In this document: positions 12,201-24,200 of the stretch, in pieces
How positions within the stretch are numbered: the first letter of the stretch is position 1
Layout: every line of letters starts with the position of its first letter
Program-made: the position numbers and the translations under genes
Assembly (NCBI GenBank): GCA_977030845.1
Contig: OZ365112.1
Location: forward strand, 8,370,001-8,434,000
Source: Fimbriosthenelais zetlandica
Lineage: Eukaryota
Direction of reading: 5' to 3'
Length of the DNA stretch: 64,000 nt
The notes under the pieces: model-generated
Database searches by the model: none
Told to the model about the DNA's origin: nothing
What the model saw: the letters and a program-made list of their open reading frames with translations, nothing else

Positions 12201-15200
12201 ATAATGCAGTTGGAAGCATGGCGACTACACACATAGCAGACTACATTAGCACCTACATAATTATATAGACCTATAATTATTAGCTAAAGCACACACGCTT
12301 TTATCTACACAATCTAACACCTTTGATGGCAGCAGTGCTTCCACCCCACACGGGTTCCTCTCCACGCAGCCATTTCCTCTCATCAAATTCACGATCCTCA
12401 GGTCTGTTCTTTAGTAACCTATCAGCTTCGTGTAGCTCGTGTTCGTCCGCTGCTTCAGTGATAGTCTTTCTATCTATTATGTACACACATAAAGCGTCTG
12501 TACTATGAACTAAAATTTATATTTAACTATAAACTCGAAATAATCAATAGAAGGATTTGTCTACTGATATTTCTGAGAGACTATAATGTAGTTTCCATGG
12601 TTGGAATTGAACGCTAGGATTGGGTGCTAATAATTTCATGGGTGGACTTGGTTATTTGGACAGACTTGGCAATGAGTCAACGCCCTACCCGTCATCCTCA
12701 ATTTGTCCCTTTCCACACCTATCGCCCTCCCTCCTCTCTCCAGTCATATTCGCCCCTTTCCACAGCTATCTACCTCCCTCCTCTCTTCTGTTTTATTCCT
12801 CCCTTTCTGCAGCTATCTCCATCCCTCGTCTCTCCTGTCTAATTCATCAAATCCTACACGTAATCCTACAGCCATCACCCTCCCTGCTCTCGTCTAATTT
12901 GCCCCTTTCAACGGCTATCTCCCTCCCTATTCTCTCCTGTCTAATTCCGCCATTTCTACAGCTATCTTCCTCCCTCCTCGATGCTGTCTAATTTGTCCCT
13001 TTATACTGCTATCTCCCACCCTATTCTGTCCCGTCTAATTTGTCCTTTCTACTGCTATCTCTCACCCTCCTCTTTTCTATCAAATTCGTCCCTTTCTACA
13101 GCTATCTCCCTCCCTCCTCTTTTCTATCAAATTCGTCCCTTTCTACAGCCAACCTCCCTCCTCTCTTCCCTCCTCCCTTCGCCCCTTTCAACGGCTATCT
13201 CTCACCCTCCTCTTTTCTATCAAATTCGTCCCTTTCTACAGCTATCTCCCTCCCTACTCTCTCCTGTCTAATGTGGCCCTCTCTACAGCTATCTCCCTCC
13301 TTCCTCTATCCTGTGTAATTCGCCCCTTTTTACAGCTATCTCCCTCCATCCTCCCTCCCTCCTCCCTCCATTCTAATTCGCCCTTTTCTAGAGCTGTCTC
13401 ACTCCCTCTCCTCCTCTCCCACCCTCCGCTCTAATTCGCCCCAGATAATGAGACTGACTTGGAAAATGGCCAAGATGTCCATGGATGGATTTGGTTAGTT
13501 GAAATGACAAATGGTAATTTGCCAAGACATAGATGGTTGGACTTAGTTAACTGGTCGGAGATGGTCATAATGAACTTTGTTCTCTTCCTCCATGGGTGAA
13601 AATAAGAAAACCGTGACCTACATAATAAACAAAATTTAAAAAAAAAAATCATAATTAATTTACGTATACCTCAACTAAAGTAATAATCCACCAAAGAGCC
13701 AACTGAAAGTCAACCTTAACTTACCCACTGGCTGTGCCTTGACCTCATCCTCTGATCTGACTATGGGGATTCGACCAGCCAGGTAGGCAGCTTCATCAAA
13801 CTCGTCTCTCTTGGCTTCGTGTGGAGGCTCTCTAGGAAGGACGGGGCGACGCTGCGGTGAAGGCGACATTGTCCGGGGCAGGGAGCCTCGTCGTCGCCGG
13901 CGACGTCGCTCGCGAGCAGCTTCAAAGATCAAACACAAGGCATTAAAGATACAGAATGAGATTCTTGATGCTTTTTTTTAGTTTTCAAGTAAATTATTTT
14001 TCATTTATCTGTTACTATGAATCAGGACCAGCAGTAAAGACCTAGACTTATATCTAAACCCAGAGAAGAGGAAAATATTATTTTTTCATGAGATAAAGTG
14101 GAAATTAATGATCTCTAAATAAATCCTCGATTATGAGCAATGAACCTTGCTTTACAATTTATATATTATCAGTCTTGGAAGAAATCGGAATTTAAAGGTA
14201 GCCTATGCAAAATCATGGCTTGGAGGGCCTTTCGTTTGGCAAAGGGTTCGAGGGGCATACATCTGTTGGGTAAAGGGCCCATTTCTTGTGGAGAGGTCTA
14301 TATCACTCATACCTGCATGTGGGTCTCCTGGGTGGGGTCTGGAGTCAGAGGGCGCCACCACCATCGGTTCTTCCATGCCATTGGTCACACCAGAATCTGG
14401 ATTGAGTGACATCATCAAGACGTGTGTATGACGTCACAAGTTGGGAGGTGACAGTACCAAACCAATGAGCAATGCACAGCAACCAAAACAAACGATAGAT
14501 TCCAGCTACTGGACTTCTCACAAGTGAATCTCTCAGATTAATATAAGGTATTTGTGATTTTTGTGGCTATTTCCTGTCAGGTTGGATATAGAATCATTAT
14601 GGTACATTGGTTTTTCATTACAGACCAATAAAAGGACACTGAGTTACACAACAAATGAGTATAATTATGTGAGTCACATGAATTATGGGGGAAATTACAT
14701 TAGGCCTACATTCAAAAAGGTTGTTGGCGTATACATTAAAACAGTGGGCCACGACATAAAGATCGATTTTTATTGGCAAAACACTTACAAATACAATCAC
14801 AAAGTCACAAAAATAATGCTGAAATATTTCTCCAGCAAAAGGACAAAATAGCAAGGAAAGGGCTGCTGTATTAACACACTGTTGTAGAACAAAATATATC
14901 CTTAGCTTTACAAATCTTATTCTAAATTACTTAGGAAATAAATACGATTACAAAACTAAACATAGTGGTGTAACAAATGCACAACATAAATACTGAACAA
15001 TGCAGAGGGTTATGCAGGTTAGAACAATAAACGTGGATATCTGAAAATATGCACTCTAGCTGGTGGTGGGATCCATGCATGCAAATTGAGTACATTAAAT
15101 GTGGGGTCAAGGATAAATAGCTAGTTACAATAATACTTATGTCACATTATTTTGGTCAGCAGTGTCTTTTCTATCCAACTTATTGTGCTGGACTGGTCCA

Positions 15201-18200
15201 TTGAACAAGTAAGTGCTGAAGCAGATTCCACTGAATTGCACTAAATATATCTTACTGAGTAAAATATCATACTCATAGGATACTATAGACACATTGAACA
15301 GTCCGAAGTAAGATTATTATATAATTCAGTCCAATAAGCCACTCTCAAATTGCACCTCCTTTGAGAATAGCCAAAGCAGTGAAAATATATTCACAAGCAA
15401 GTCTACAGTCAAAATTCAGTCCTCAGTTTCGATATCTTGGTCCGATCTTGCCAGGCTAACAACTGGTTGACAGGACGGCCATGTATTTAGGGCTTGATTA
15501 AAAATCGGTGACACAATCGTCATGAGTGCGGTAGGATCGGAGGATGGCAGGTGAGGGGGCTTTAGGTGGATGGTTTGACCGTAAGGTCACCTTCCTGACC
15601 TTACGGCCTTGACCTTCCCTATGTGGTCGACCTTCTGGTGGCCGGTGATTGGGTTCTGTGGAGAAAGCAGAGCTAGGGCTAAACACATGCTTTCCAGTCC
15701 AAATTAAAACAGTCTGAGCTTTCACAGGAGCATAAAACCCACTTGCACAGGTCTGCCTGCAAGGAATGGGCAGACGTTTGGTGTATAATTTGTTTCTGGT
15801 TTGGTCGTGAGAAAATGAAATAAAAAACAGGCAGACTGAGTGCAGTTGGGACTAAATGTCTGATGCTCGTATGTGTAGCTTTTCTGAGTGAAATTGGACT
15901 GAAAACCACATGCAAATAATCAGATGACATGAAGCAAACGTTTTGAATTTCACAGAGCGTATACTTTGAGTGTGACTATTTTCATATAATATTCCTCGAT
16001 AATTTTATGTATAAACTAAAGAGAGCGAAAGAATCAATTTGAAAAATACTACAAATTTACCAAAAAGTTTCACTAACTCTTCTAATGAAAAATACTCTAT
16101 ATGTACACTATATGCTATTCTCATGATCAGAAAAAAGTTCCATGCCTTGCCATTACAACATTCACCAACTTCCCATAATTGAAGTAAAGAAACTACATAG
16201 GAAATGATGCTGGCAAGGCAATTTTCATTATAAATTCTGTATTAATACTAATCTAGACAGAGTATTCTGCTTTCTCTGAATATCAACAAGTCTGTCATAC
16301 GTTTGCTTCAGCCATCTTTAAACGAAATTTGTAACGACCCCATGCAACAAAAACTTCTACTAAATTTATATATTAGCGTCAACTTAAAAACACACACACA
16401 AAATAATTAAGATATAATCGAACATTACTTAGAACTCGTGGTAAACTTTGTTGGTCAAAATAAAGAACATTCTTGAAGTCTAGAATCTATTATGATCCTT
16501 ATGCACAAGGTAATTGGGTGCGATGGAAATGGTCAAAACTTCAAACTTTGTGTAAGTTATTTCATGCGTTTTGAACTGGTTGAACAGTCATGCTTTATCT
16601 TACCATAGTCTGATGGATCAGCTCCAATGGACTGTTGAAGCATCCGGAAGCTTTTGGATGGGATATGGCCACCAACGTAACTAATATCAACACCTCCATC
16701 CCTATCCTCATCTTGTGGACCAGGGGCTGACTCTGCACGCCTCAGATGTCTTCTAGTTGGCTTGGCAGAAACTTGAAAATGTAACAAAGAATCGGTCAAA
16801 ACTTACAAGCAGTTACTTACAATTCCCTTATAACTAGACTCAGAAATGCATTCCTGCTTTAGAATACAACAATGACACAATTAGTAGAAAAAGTCATTTG
16901 TGCTTAAAACTTATGTACATTCAAAGATTTGTGATAAAATCAGTTAGGTTTTGACCACTTAGTAAGTGAACAAGGATATGAGATGGAGAGAAGGCATTTT
17001 ATGATTTCCCTTAACCAACGCATTCAGAGCAGGTTAGCTTAAGTAAAACTTGTAACTTGTAAAATCTAGTAGAAAGTTTAATAGCCTTTACCCACTGTGT
17101 ATATGGGCTTAGAGCTCAATATATTTTGAGTTGCAGGCAACCACTTCAATGATGCATTTGACTGCAAAGCCTATATGAAAGCCCCTATGCACAATGGATA
17201 ATGGCTGTAACCTCTATCCATTGCGCGGCTTGCATATGGCCTAGCAGTTCAAAGTTCAATGCTTACAAGAGGCATCTGACTGCAACCCCTTTCAAAGCAT
17301 CGAGCTGAAAGGTCATTGCAAGCCCGTATACACAGTGGATAACAGCTAACGATTAAAATGATCCGTAAAGGCCGTAAGCTTTGCTTAGCGTCTGCTGAAC
17401 GTCTGCTGCCTGTCTCACCTGGAGGTAAATCATCATCATCGCCGCCTGTCATGGATTTAAGCATGCGGAAAGCCTTGGATGGGATACTGCCACCTTTATA
17501 GCGAATCGAGGCCTCGTTATAGTGGCCAACATCGTTATAGTCATCATCATCATCTGGAAAGGAGTTGGCTGGGTGAGGCAAGAAGGGAAGCATGCGGCAA
17601 ATAAACCCATCATGTTAAACGTGTTAGAAGTGGTTAATAGCCTGAACCCACTGAGCTACGATCTCCCTATGCAGTCTGCTTTACGATCGAATTACAACAA
17701 ACATTTTAAAAGTTCGTTGAATGAACCAACTGAAGAAGTATGTGGAATGAACCTACGATCATGTTGTTGTGTGCTCTTCATGGATCAGAACATTGTTATT
17801 TGAGCATGTTCAACCAGATCATTGTTATTTTGAGCATGTTCAACCAGATCGTAAGGATATCGTTGGAGATCGTAGCTCAGTGGGTTCAGGCTATTACTTA
17901 CATGCTTTTATGGTGGTATTAGGGGAGGCTAAGGTAGAAAGGAAGAAAGCTAGAATGTCTGCCCAACAAAATGAAACTGCGGAAGATAGTAAGGAAAGCA
18001 AGCATTGACTCAGTGAGCCACTGTGTAACCACATGAGTCTCATATGGCCTTAGCTAGTTACGATATTTCGTATAAATGCTAAATTGAAAAAGAAATAATA
18101 GAAGCTGGATAGGGAGTTTATATAGGTTCAATTTTGAACTATAGCAGAATTATAATGAAGTAAATTAAAAATAAAAGAAATGATGAAGACGTCATTTCCG

Positions 18201-21200
18201 TGAACTGAAGTTGTGAGATAAAGGATTGCTTTTCTAATCTACTAAACGTGCAAGACAGATAGATATAGAGAGATTATTTCACAGAAAAATATTCACTTTC
18301 GTCATCGCTCGACAAAGAGATTTATAATTTCAAAAATATTGAAATTTAGAATCAATGACATATTAGACAAATCCTTAAAGGAGACTGATTTTACAGTGTA
18401 AGAGTATTATATGAAATGATACAGGAACGGTTATGGTATTCTTGGGTATTTTCAGGGTTGAGATGTGCTGCAAATCCAGAGTGAAACTCAAAAATAAAGT
18501 TGGTTTTGAACAGCTTTATCGATGAAAAATAGGATAAAAATTTACCTCCTGTCACATTGGTCCTGATGGAGGACCTATCTACTTCACTGCCTCCTGTGAG
18601 GGACGCTAGTTTTTGGAAGGCCCTGGACGGGATGTGGTCATACGTATCAGCTCTACTAACTCCACTGAATGAAGTCTCATCATCCACAGAAGGCTGCCGA
18701 TGTGGTGAACGAAAACCTAGTACGATATCATACATAATCCAATCATATTTACTGGTAAAGGCAAAATGAAATGAAAACGAGCATGTCTTGTAATACGAAG
18801 CTCATAAAATGTACAGTGTTGAATGTGCTGAGTATGAATTCAGGGTCATTCACGGGGGCCTAATTAGGGGCTTTATCTCACCAAAAAGAGACATATTAGA
18901 GTTTGGAAGATAAACGATCACACATTGATGCAGTGTTATTAATATGGAAACTCTTCGTCACATTCCTATTTCTAAGCATGTAACTACCAGAACTTGAAGC
19001 CAGAACATCAGAACCAAGGAAATTATGTAACACTCCATGCCATCAAATAAAATAACTAACAAACAGGTACTGGTCTGTTTTATACTACAAAATTGCTAGA
19101 AATCCGCAATGGGATCCTTTATAGTCTGTCCAGAGGTTGTATTGGTAAAAGTACCCACCTCTGTGTCCATGCTGAACAAATCTTGCATTGGGGCAGTTTG
19201 GGGAAAGACTGCCATCACTACTAGTATCATGGATGCTGCCGGGGTAACCAGGGGTGGAGGACAATGAGCCAGATGTAGAGGGTACAGAACTGACGGGAGA
19301 CACAGAACCAGAACCGGAAGTGACTGCAGCCAACACCGGTCGATGACCACCACCACCATCCTGGTCTTCATCATCATACAAACACTGGAGAACCAGGAAT
19401 GAGAGTCCTTGCCGAGCCTGGCCTCCTCGGCTCAAACCAAGGCCACCTCGGCTACTAGAGATTGGAATGTTGTTAGGGTGGGGAGAAGAACCATGGTGAA
19501 CAATGACAGGGTTAGTGTTGTCACTCTGGGGTTGTAAACATGCAGGGTGTGGTGCTGGGATGATGACAGTGGCTGTTGTACCTTCTGAGCCTTGTCTCTG
19601 TGGAGCGGCAGGTTTAGCTGCTGGTGGTGGTTCGTCCAGTCCGTGAATCATCTTGTACACTGCAGACTGTGTGATGTCTGGTCCACCACTAGGCTTCCTA
19701 TGAGTAGGTATAGTTCATAAGTAAATGTCCAAATGAGTACATATTATGTTATGCATTGCAGAGAGAATGTAGTAGTGTATATACAATAAAAATCTAGCTG
19801 TATCATTTGATTATACATATTTAAATCTAAATACATGTCTATAGGAATAGAGTAGCATGAAAATGTAGCATTTGAACAGAGCAATTGGCTAATGAGTATA
19901 TTCAATGAGGGCTGAATGAGATTTTGAATAAAGGTCATCAGGAAAGTTGACCTTGTGGGAAGCATCGACATTGATTTGGAGAACGCCATGGGATAGTCAA
20001 ATGGTGAGTCAGGAGCCCTCATTGAATTATTGTTGACATTCTTTTAACACAAATACATGGGATTCACTGACTAGGATACAAAAGAATAAATAAGAGAAAA
20101 GGTATTGAAGTCCACATATATACAAGTCAAATGAAAGTCAGAGCTTGCTACCTTGTCGAGTATTTCACTTTGTCATGCCTTTACGGTTCAAATATAATAT
20201 ATTTTCATACAAAAAACAAAAGAGTAAACCTAAACCTGACATTCACGTGCTCAGCAAAAGAAATGAAACAGAAATCTTGAATACCCATTCCGAACTGAGC
20301 TATAAATCTGGTAAAATAAACAATGATTTTACCGTCTTGACCTTGACCGATTAAGAAAGCAGAAAAAAATATGTCGATTAGATCTATCTGTATTTTACAA
20401 GACTAGTTTGAGATGAGCAGTATAGATAACATGCTGGAATGAATTATGAATGAATGAATCTGAAAAGCAAGACTAAGGTGTAGAACGTCTACAGTTGCCC
20501 AAGACCTAGAAGTACAGTACTGACACCTAGTTTGTCATTTCAAAGGCTTCTATAGTGTTTGATTGAATAGAATTGTGACTGGGTATTGTCTTGTCAGTGG
20601 TCGTGTGAATGAGGCAGCAATCGGAGCAGGAATTGGTAGCTTGGGTGCAATGAGATAAGGTTAACAAGTACATGCAAAAAGAAAGAGAAAGTGTACTGGT
20701 GAGTGTAGGTCAATCCGTAGCATTCATATACTATGCCAAGACTTTCCATACTTGAAAGTTTCCACAGCATGGAGACAGAATCTGGGACAGGATCGTTTTC
20801 AGAGGGATTTACATATTTAGACGAAAGGTTTTACAAATCTTGTAGGGACTGGACATTTTGATCTTTGGTTCACGAAGAGCACATCATGGAAAGATATGGA
20901 CCACTGCATACTGTCACACTAGATTTCACTTGATATCAGGCCGTAAGATTTAAAGTCTCTGAAGTTCCTGTTTCCAGAGCAGGTTGGTTGACTATGATAT
21001 GCCAATCCTTCACAATTGAAAATCAAGATGAAAGGAGGCCTACAAGCCCAAATTGGACTAAAAAGGTGAGAGATTGGAGGGTAATTCGACGATTCATTAC
21101 AAGTTATGTTTCGTATACATAGTCTGAACACCGAGAAGTCGGAACGGCATTCGCCAAATTTTCAGTAACTTTCAATAGGCTTCGTGCACCGGAAGTGACG

Positions 21201-24200
21201 TCAACCGGTAGCCTATTCGACGCGCCATCTAGCGAAGAAAGCGAGTACTAACGAGCTCAGGTCTCTTATTCCTTTGTTAGTGCTGCTACAACTTCTCAGT
21301 GTTCGGATTATAAGGTATAATTTTAAGGGACAATAAGGTGTCTCCTACAAGGCATAGCAATCCTGACTTCATCTTAATCTTCAAGTGAATCTGGATTAGG
21401 AACTCCAGAGATTTGAGAGTGCTCTGAAGCGATGTGAACCTACCCTCCACCAGCAACTGTGCGCACATCGGTCACCTGACCATCCGTTTGTGAGGAAAAT
21501 GCGTCAAGAACATTATCCTCTGTATAAAGGCTTAGTGGGGAGTTATATTGGGCATGGGCCACCACTGATCCCGCAGCCCCAGATTTCAGATTCTGGGGAT
21601 CTGTGGACCCAGTGAAGGACGGTGTTGGTGGGGACCTGACGTAGGTCACTGGGGCCGGTGGATCCTCAAAGCTGGGCATGTTTAGCAGGTTTTGGTAGCG
21701 AGGCAAGTTTGAGCCCGCTCCGCTGGAAACGAGAAGAAGCTTTCAACATTGTAACAACCACCCACAACATCGAGGAAGGTATAGCAATTGAAACTATCAA
21801 TGATGCTCAAATAAAATGAAAATGTGGAAGTATCACTTCATTTGATTATTGAAATACGTTAAGCGTGCGGAATTATTGCAGGTTTTGAAATATAAGAAGC
21901 GTGACTGGGGTAAAATAGAGACTCTGATTATAAGTACATGAGCACAGAGTATGGATACATATCCTGTCAAATTATTGTTAGGTTTAGATATGACTGGGAA
22001 CATGCAGTACACAAGTGATTTAAAGTTATGATTTAGAGTCGTTTCAGTCTGTGTTCAACAACATCCTTGAAGACATATCAAGTATTTTCAACCTAGAAAA
22101 TATTCATCCTTTATACTGTAAAGTCAATTCTGAATGCTGATGCAATCACAATTTCCCGTGCAGTCAACCAGATTTCCATTATCAACATAATACGGATGAG
22201 GACCACAAAACCTATGGAGGATTCATTGTCTCACAGGCATTCAAGGTCTGTGCAATGTCATCAACAATTAACCCAGAAAGATTGCCTGAATGTAGTGTGA
22301 AAGTGTACTTGAAATGTGTATACTTGAGACTGCATGTATTATTTGTGTGAATAACAAACAAGTATAAACCATCATAATATTCGTGAGTTTCAGACCGAGG
22401 ATATTGGAAAAGAAATTAAGGAGGAATACATACCGGCGCCTTACGCGGTCACGATGTTCCTTTAGCATGTCAGCATCAGGAGCATAAGCCCAGGGTTTCT
22501 TGTCTGGAGCTCCTTTGGCAGCCATATTGAGCACGGCATCAGGCATGAAAGGCGGTGGTGTGGGCTGTGATCTGTTATAGCTTGGTTGAGATGTGGGTAG
22601 AGGTGGAGCTTCAGGTACCGTAGAGTTGATTTGTGGAGACATTGGACCAGCAGGCGGATCATAACTATTGTATTGATTGTTGTAACTGTCGGGTTGGCTA
22701 TTGTAGTTGTCATAATTTGTGTTGTTGTAGTCATTGTAGTTTGGTTCATTGTTATAGTCCTGGTACCCGCCAGTGGGAGAACTGTAGTTCTGTGGTGTCC
22801 CATAGCTTGTTGGGGACATCGGGGTGTCGTGCATTTCCATGTTTGCTAATTGTTCCGATAACCTGTTAGCATACTACAAAAGGAAATACAAATATTATCA
22901 GTCAGATGGTGAAATCAATCAGCAAGGATAAAGCACAGAAAATAACATGTATGTAACTAAAATTAAGTGAGTAGACATTCAAGAAATAATTTTAAAATTG
23001 CAACATGTCAATAAAATGATTTTCATTTATCCATCTCCTAAGTAGTTACTCTAAGATGTTGATAGACTATCAAATATATCTTATAATTATAATTGACCAT
23101 ATAATAATTAAGGTTTTAGTCTATTAACTACATTAGACAAGAAATTATTTTGACATACAATCACAGTGAGTAACAACAACAGAAGACAAACAAACTGAAC
23201 AAAGCTTTAACTCAGGAGAATTGAAGGAAAACTCAACGGATGACTTATAAATAATTTAGGATAATGTTAGATTGACAATACTGAATGTTAAAACTGAAAA
23301 CAATCCAAGCCACACAAAACTGAGACTGGTAAGTGAACGTAAGTCTGTACCACACTTAACAAGACCTGTAGCAGGTTGGTTATCTTGCCATGATTACCGG
23401 GAAGGTACCGGTATCTTCCTGGCAGTTTTAGAAGCTGTGTATATCACTAGGTCTGTCATGAAGCTGCAGTTTGTATCACTACTCAACTAAGAGGGCTGGG
23501 TGAATTGCCTACTTTACCGGACTAGCAGGTCAGTTGAATAGAAGACTGCTGATGAGTCTCAAGCTCATCATATCTCAAGGCATTTTTGGGGAGAAAATTG
23601 TCCTACCTGGGAATCCTTGCCCACATGTTTGCTGGTGGAAGGGGTGGATACTTGAGATGGCAGGGGAGGTGGTGGGGGAGGGGGAGGGGGAGGGTTTGGG
23701 ATGGTGTTGGGATTACGAGGGGCAGAGGTGGGGGTTGATCCACTTGGATAAACAGCAGGATCAGAAGGGGCGGTCTGTGGGGTATCTGATGGGTCAGTTT
23801 GCATTGGCTGTTGTGCAAGGAAGGGTCGGGGGGTTTGGTTCAAGAACGGGGGTATATTTGACTTAACTGATGGTGAAAACTGCTTGGGGGTTTGAACTGG
23901 GGAATCTTTTTGGGAAGACCCCGAACCAAAAATGGGTGACTGCTGAGCTTGACCTGGACTTGCAGGGGATGAAGGGTGAAATTTCTGAGGTGGATTTGAA
24001 TAACTAAAGGGACGAGAGCAGTCAGGGGAAGCTTGGCCTTTTCTAGGTTGAACAGACACGGGTGATTGCGGAGGCTTGACACCATAGACTTTTCCACCTG
24101 GGTTTGGTGGTGGTGCCCCACTCTCTCTAGGGTTTCTAAGAGCGAATGGCTTTGGCTTTGTATCATTGACTGCGGAAAAGTGACTGGTAGGTACTGAGTT

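Noticed and set aside
12620-13318. Several plus-strand ORFs
   Set aside because: Artefacts of the stop-poor minisatellite.
664-13919. A full Dscam-style set of selector sequences for every cassette
   Set aside because: Beyond the 7321/11108 pair I found only 8-10 nt matches, expected by chance; a computational search is needed.
17872-17888. tRNA A-box-like GTAGCTCAGTGG
   Set aside because: No properly spaced B-box or cloverleaf; not a tRNA or a supportable SINE.
300-19000. Rbfox UGCAUG elements in gene A introns (about 11 seen, e.g. 4171, 7880, 15074)
   Set aside because: A similar number occurs on the opposite strand, consistent with TG/CA excess from CpG depletion; no strand-specific enrichment was evident by eye.
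19744-20022. ORF MRAPDSPFDYPM... as an extra gene A exon
   Set aside because: Weak donor (gtcaac) and no acceptor in the phase required by the ZM exon; cannot be excluded as an alternative first exon.
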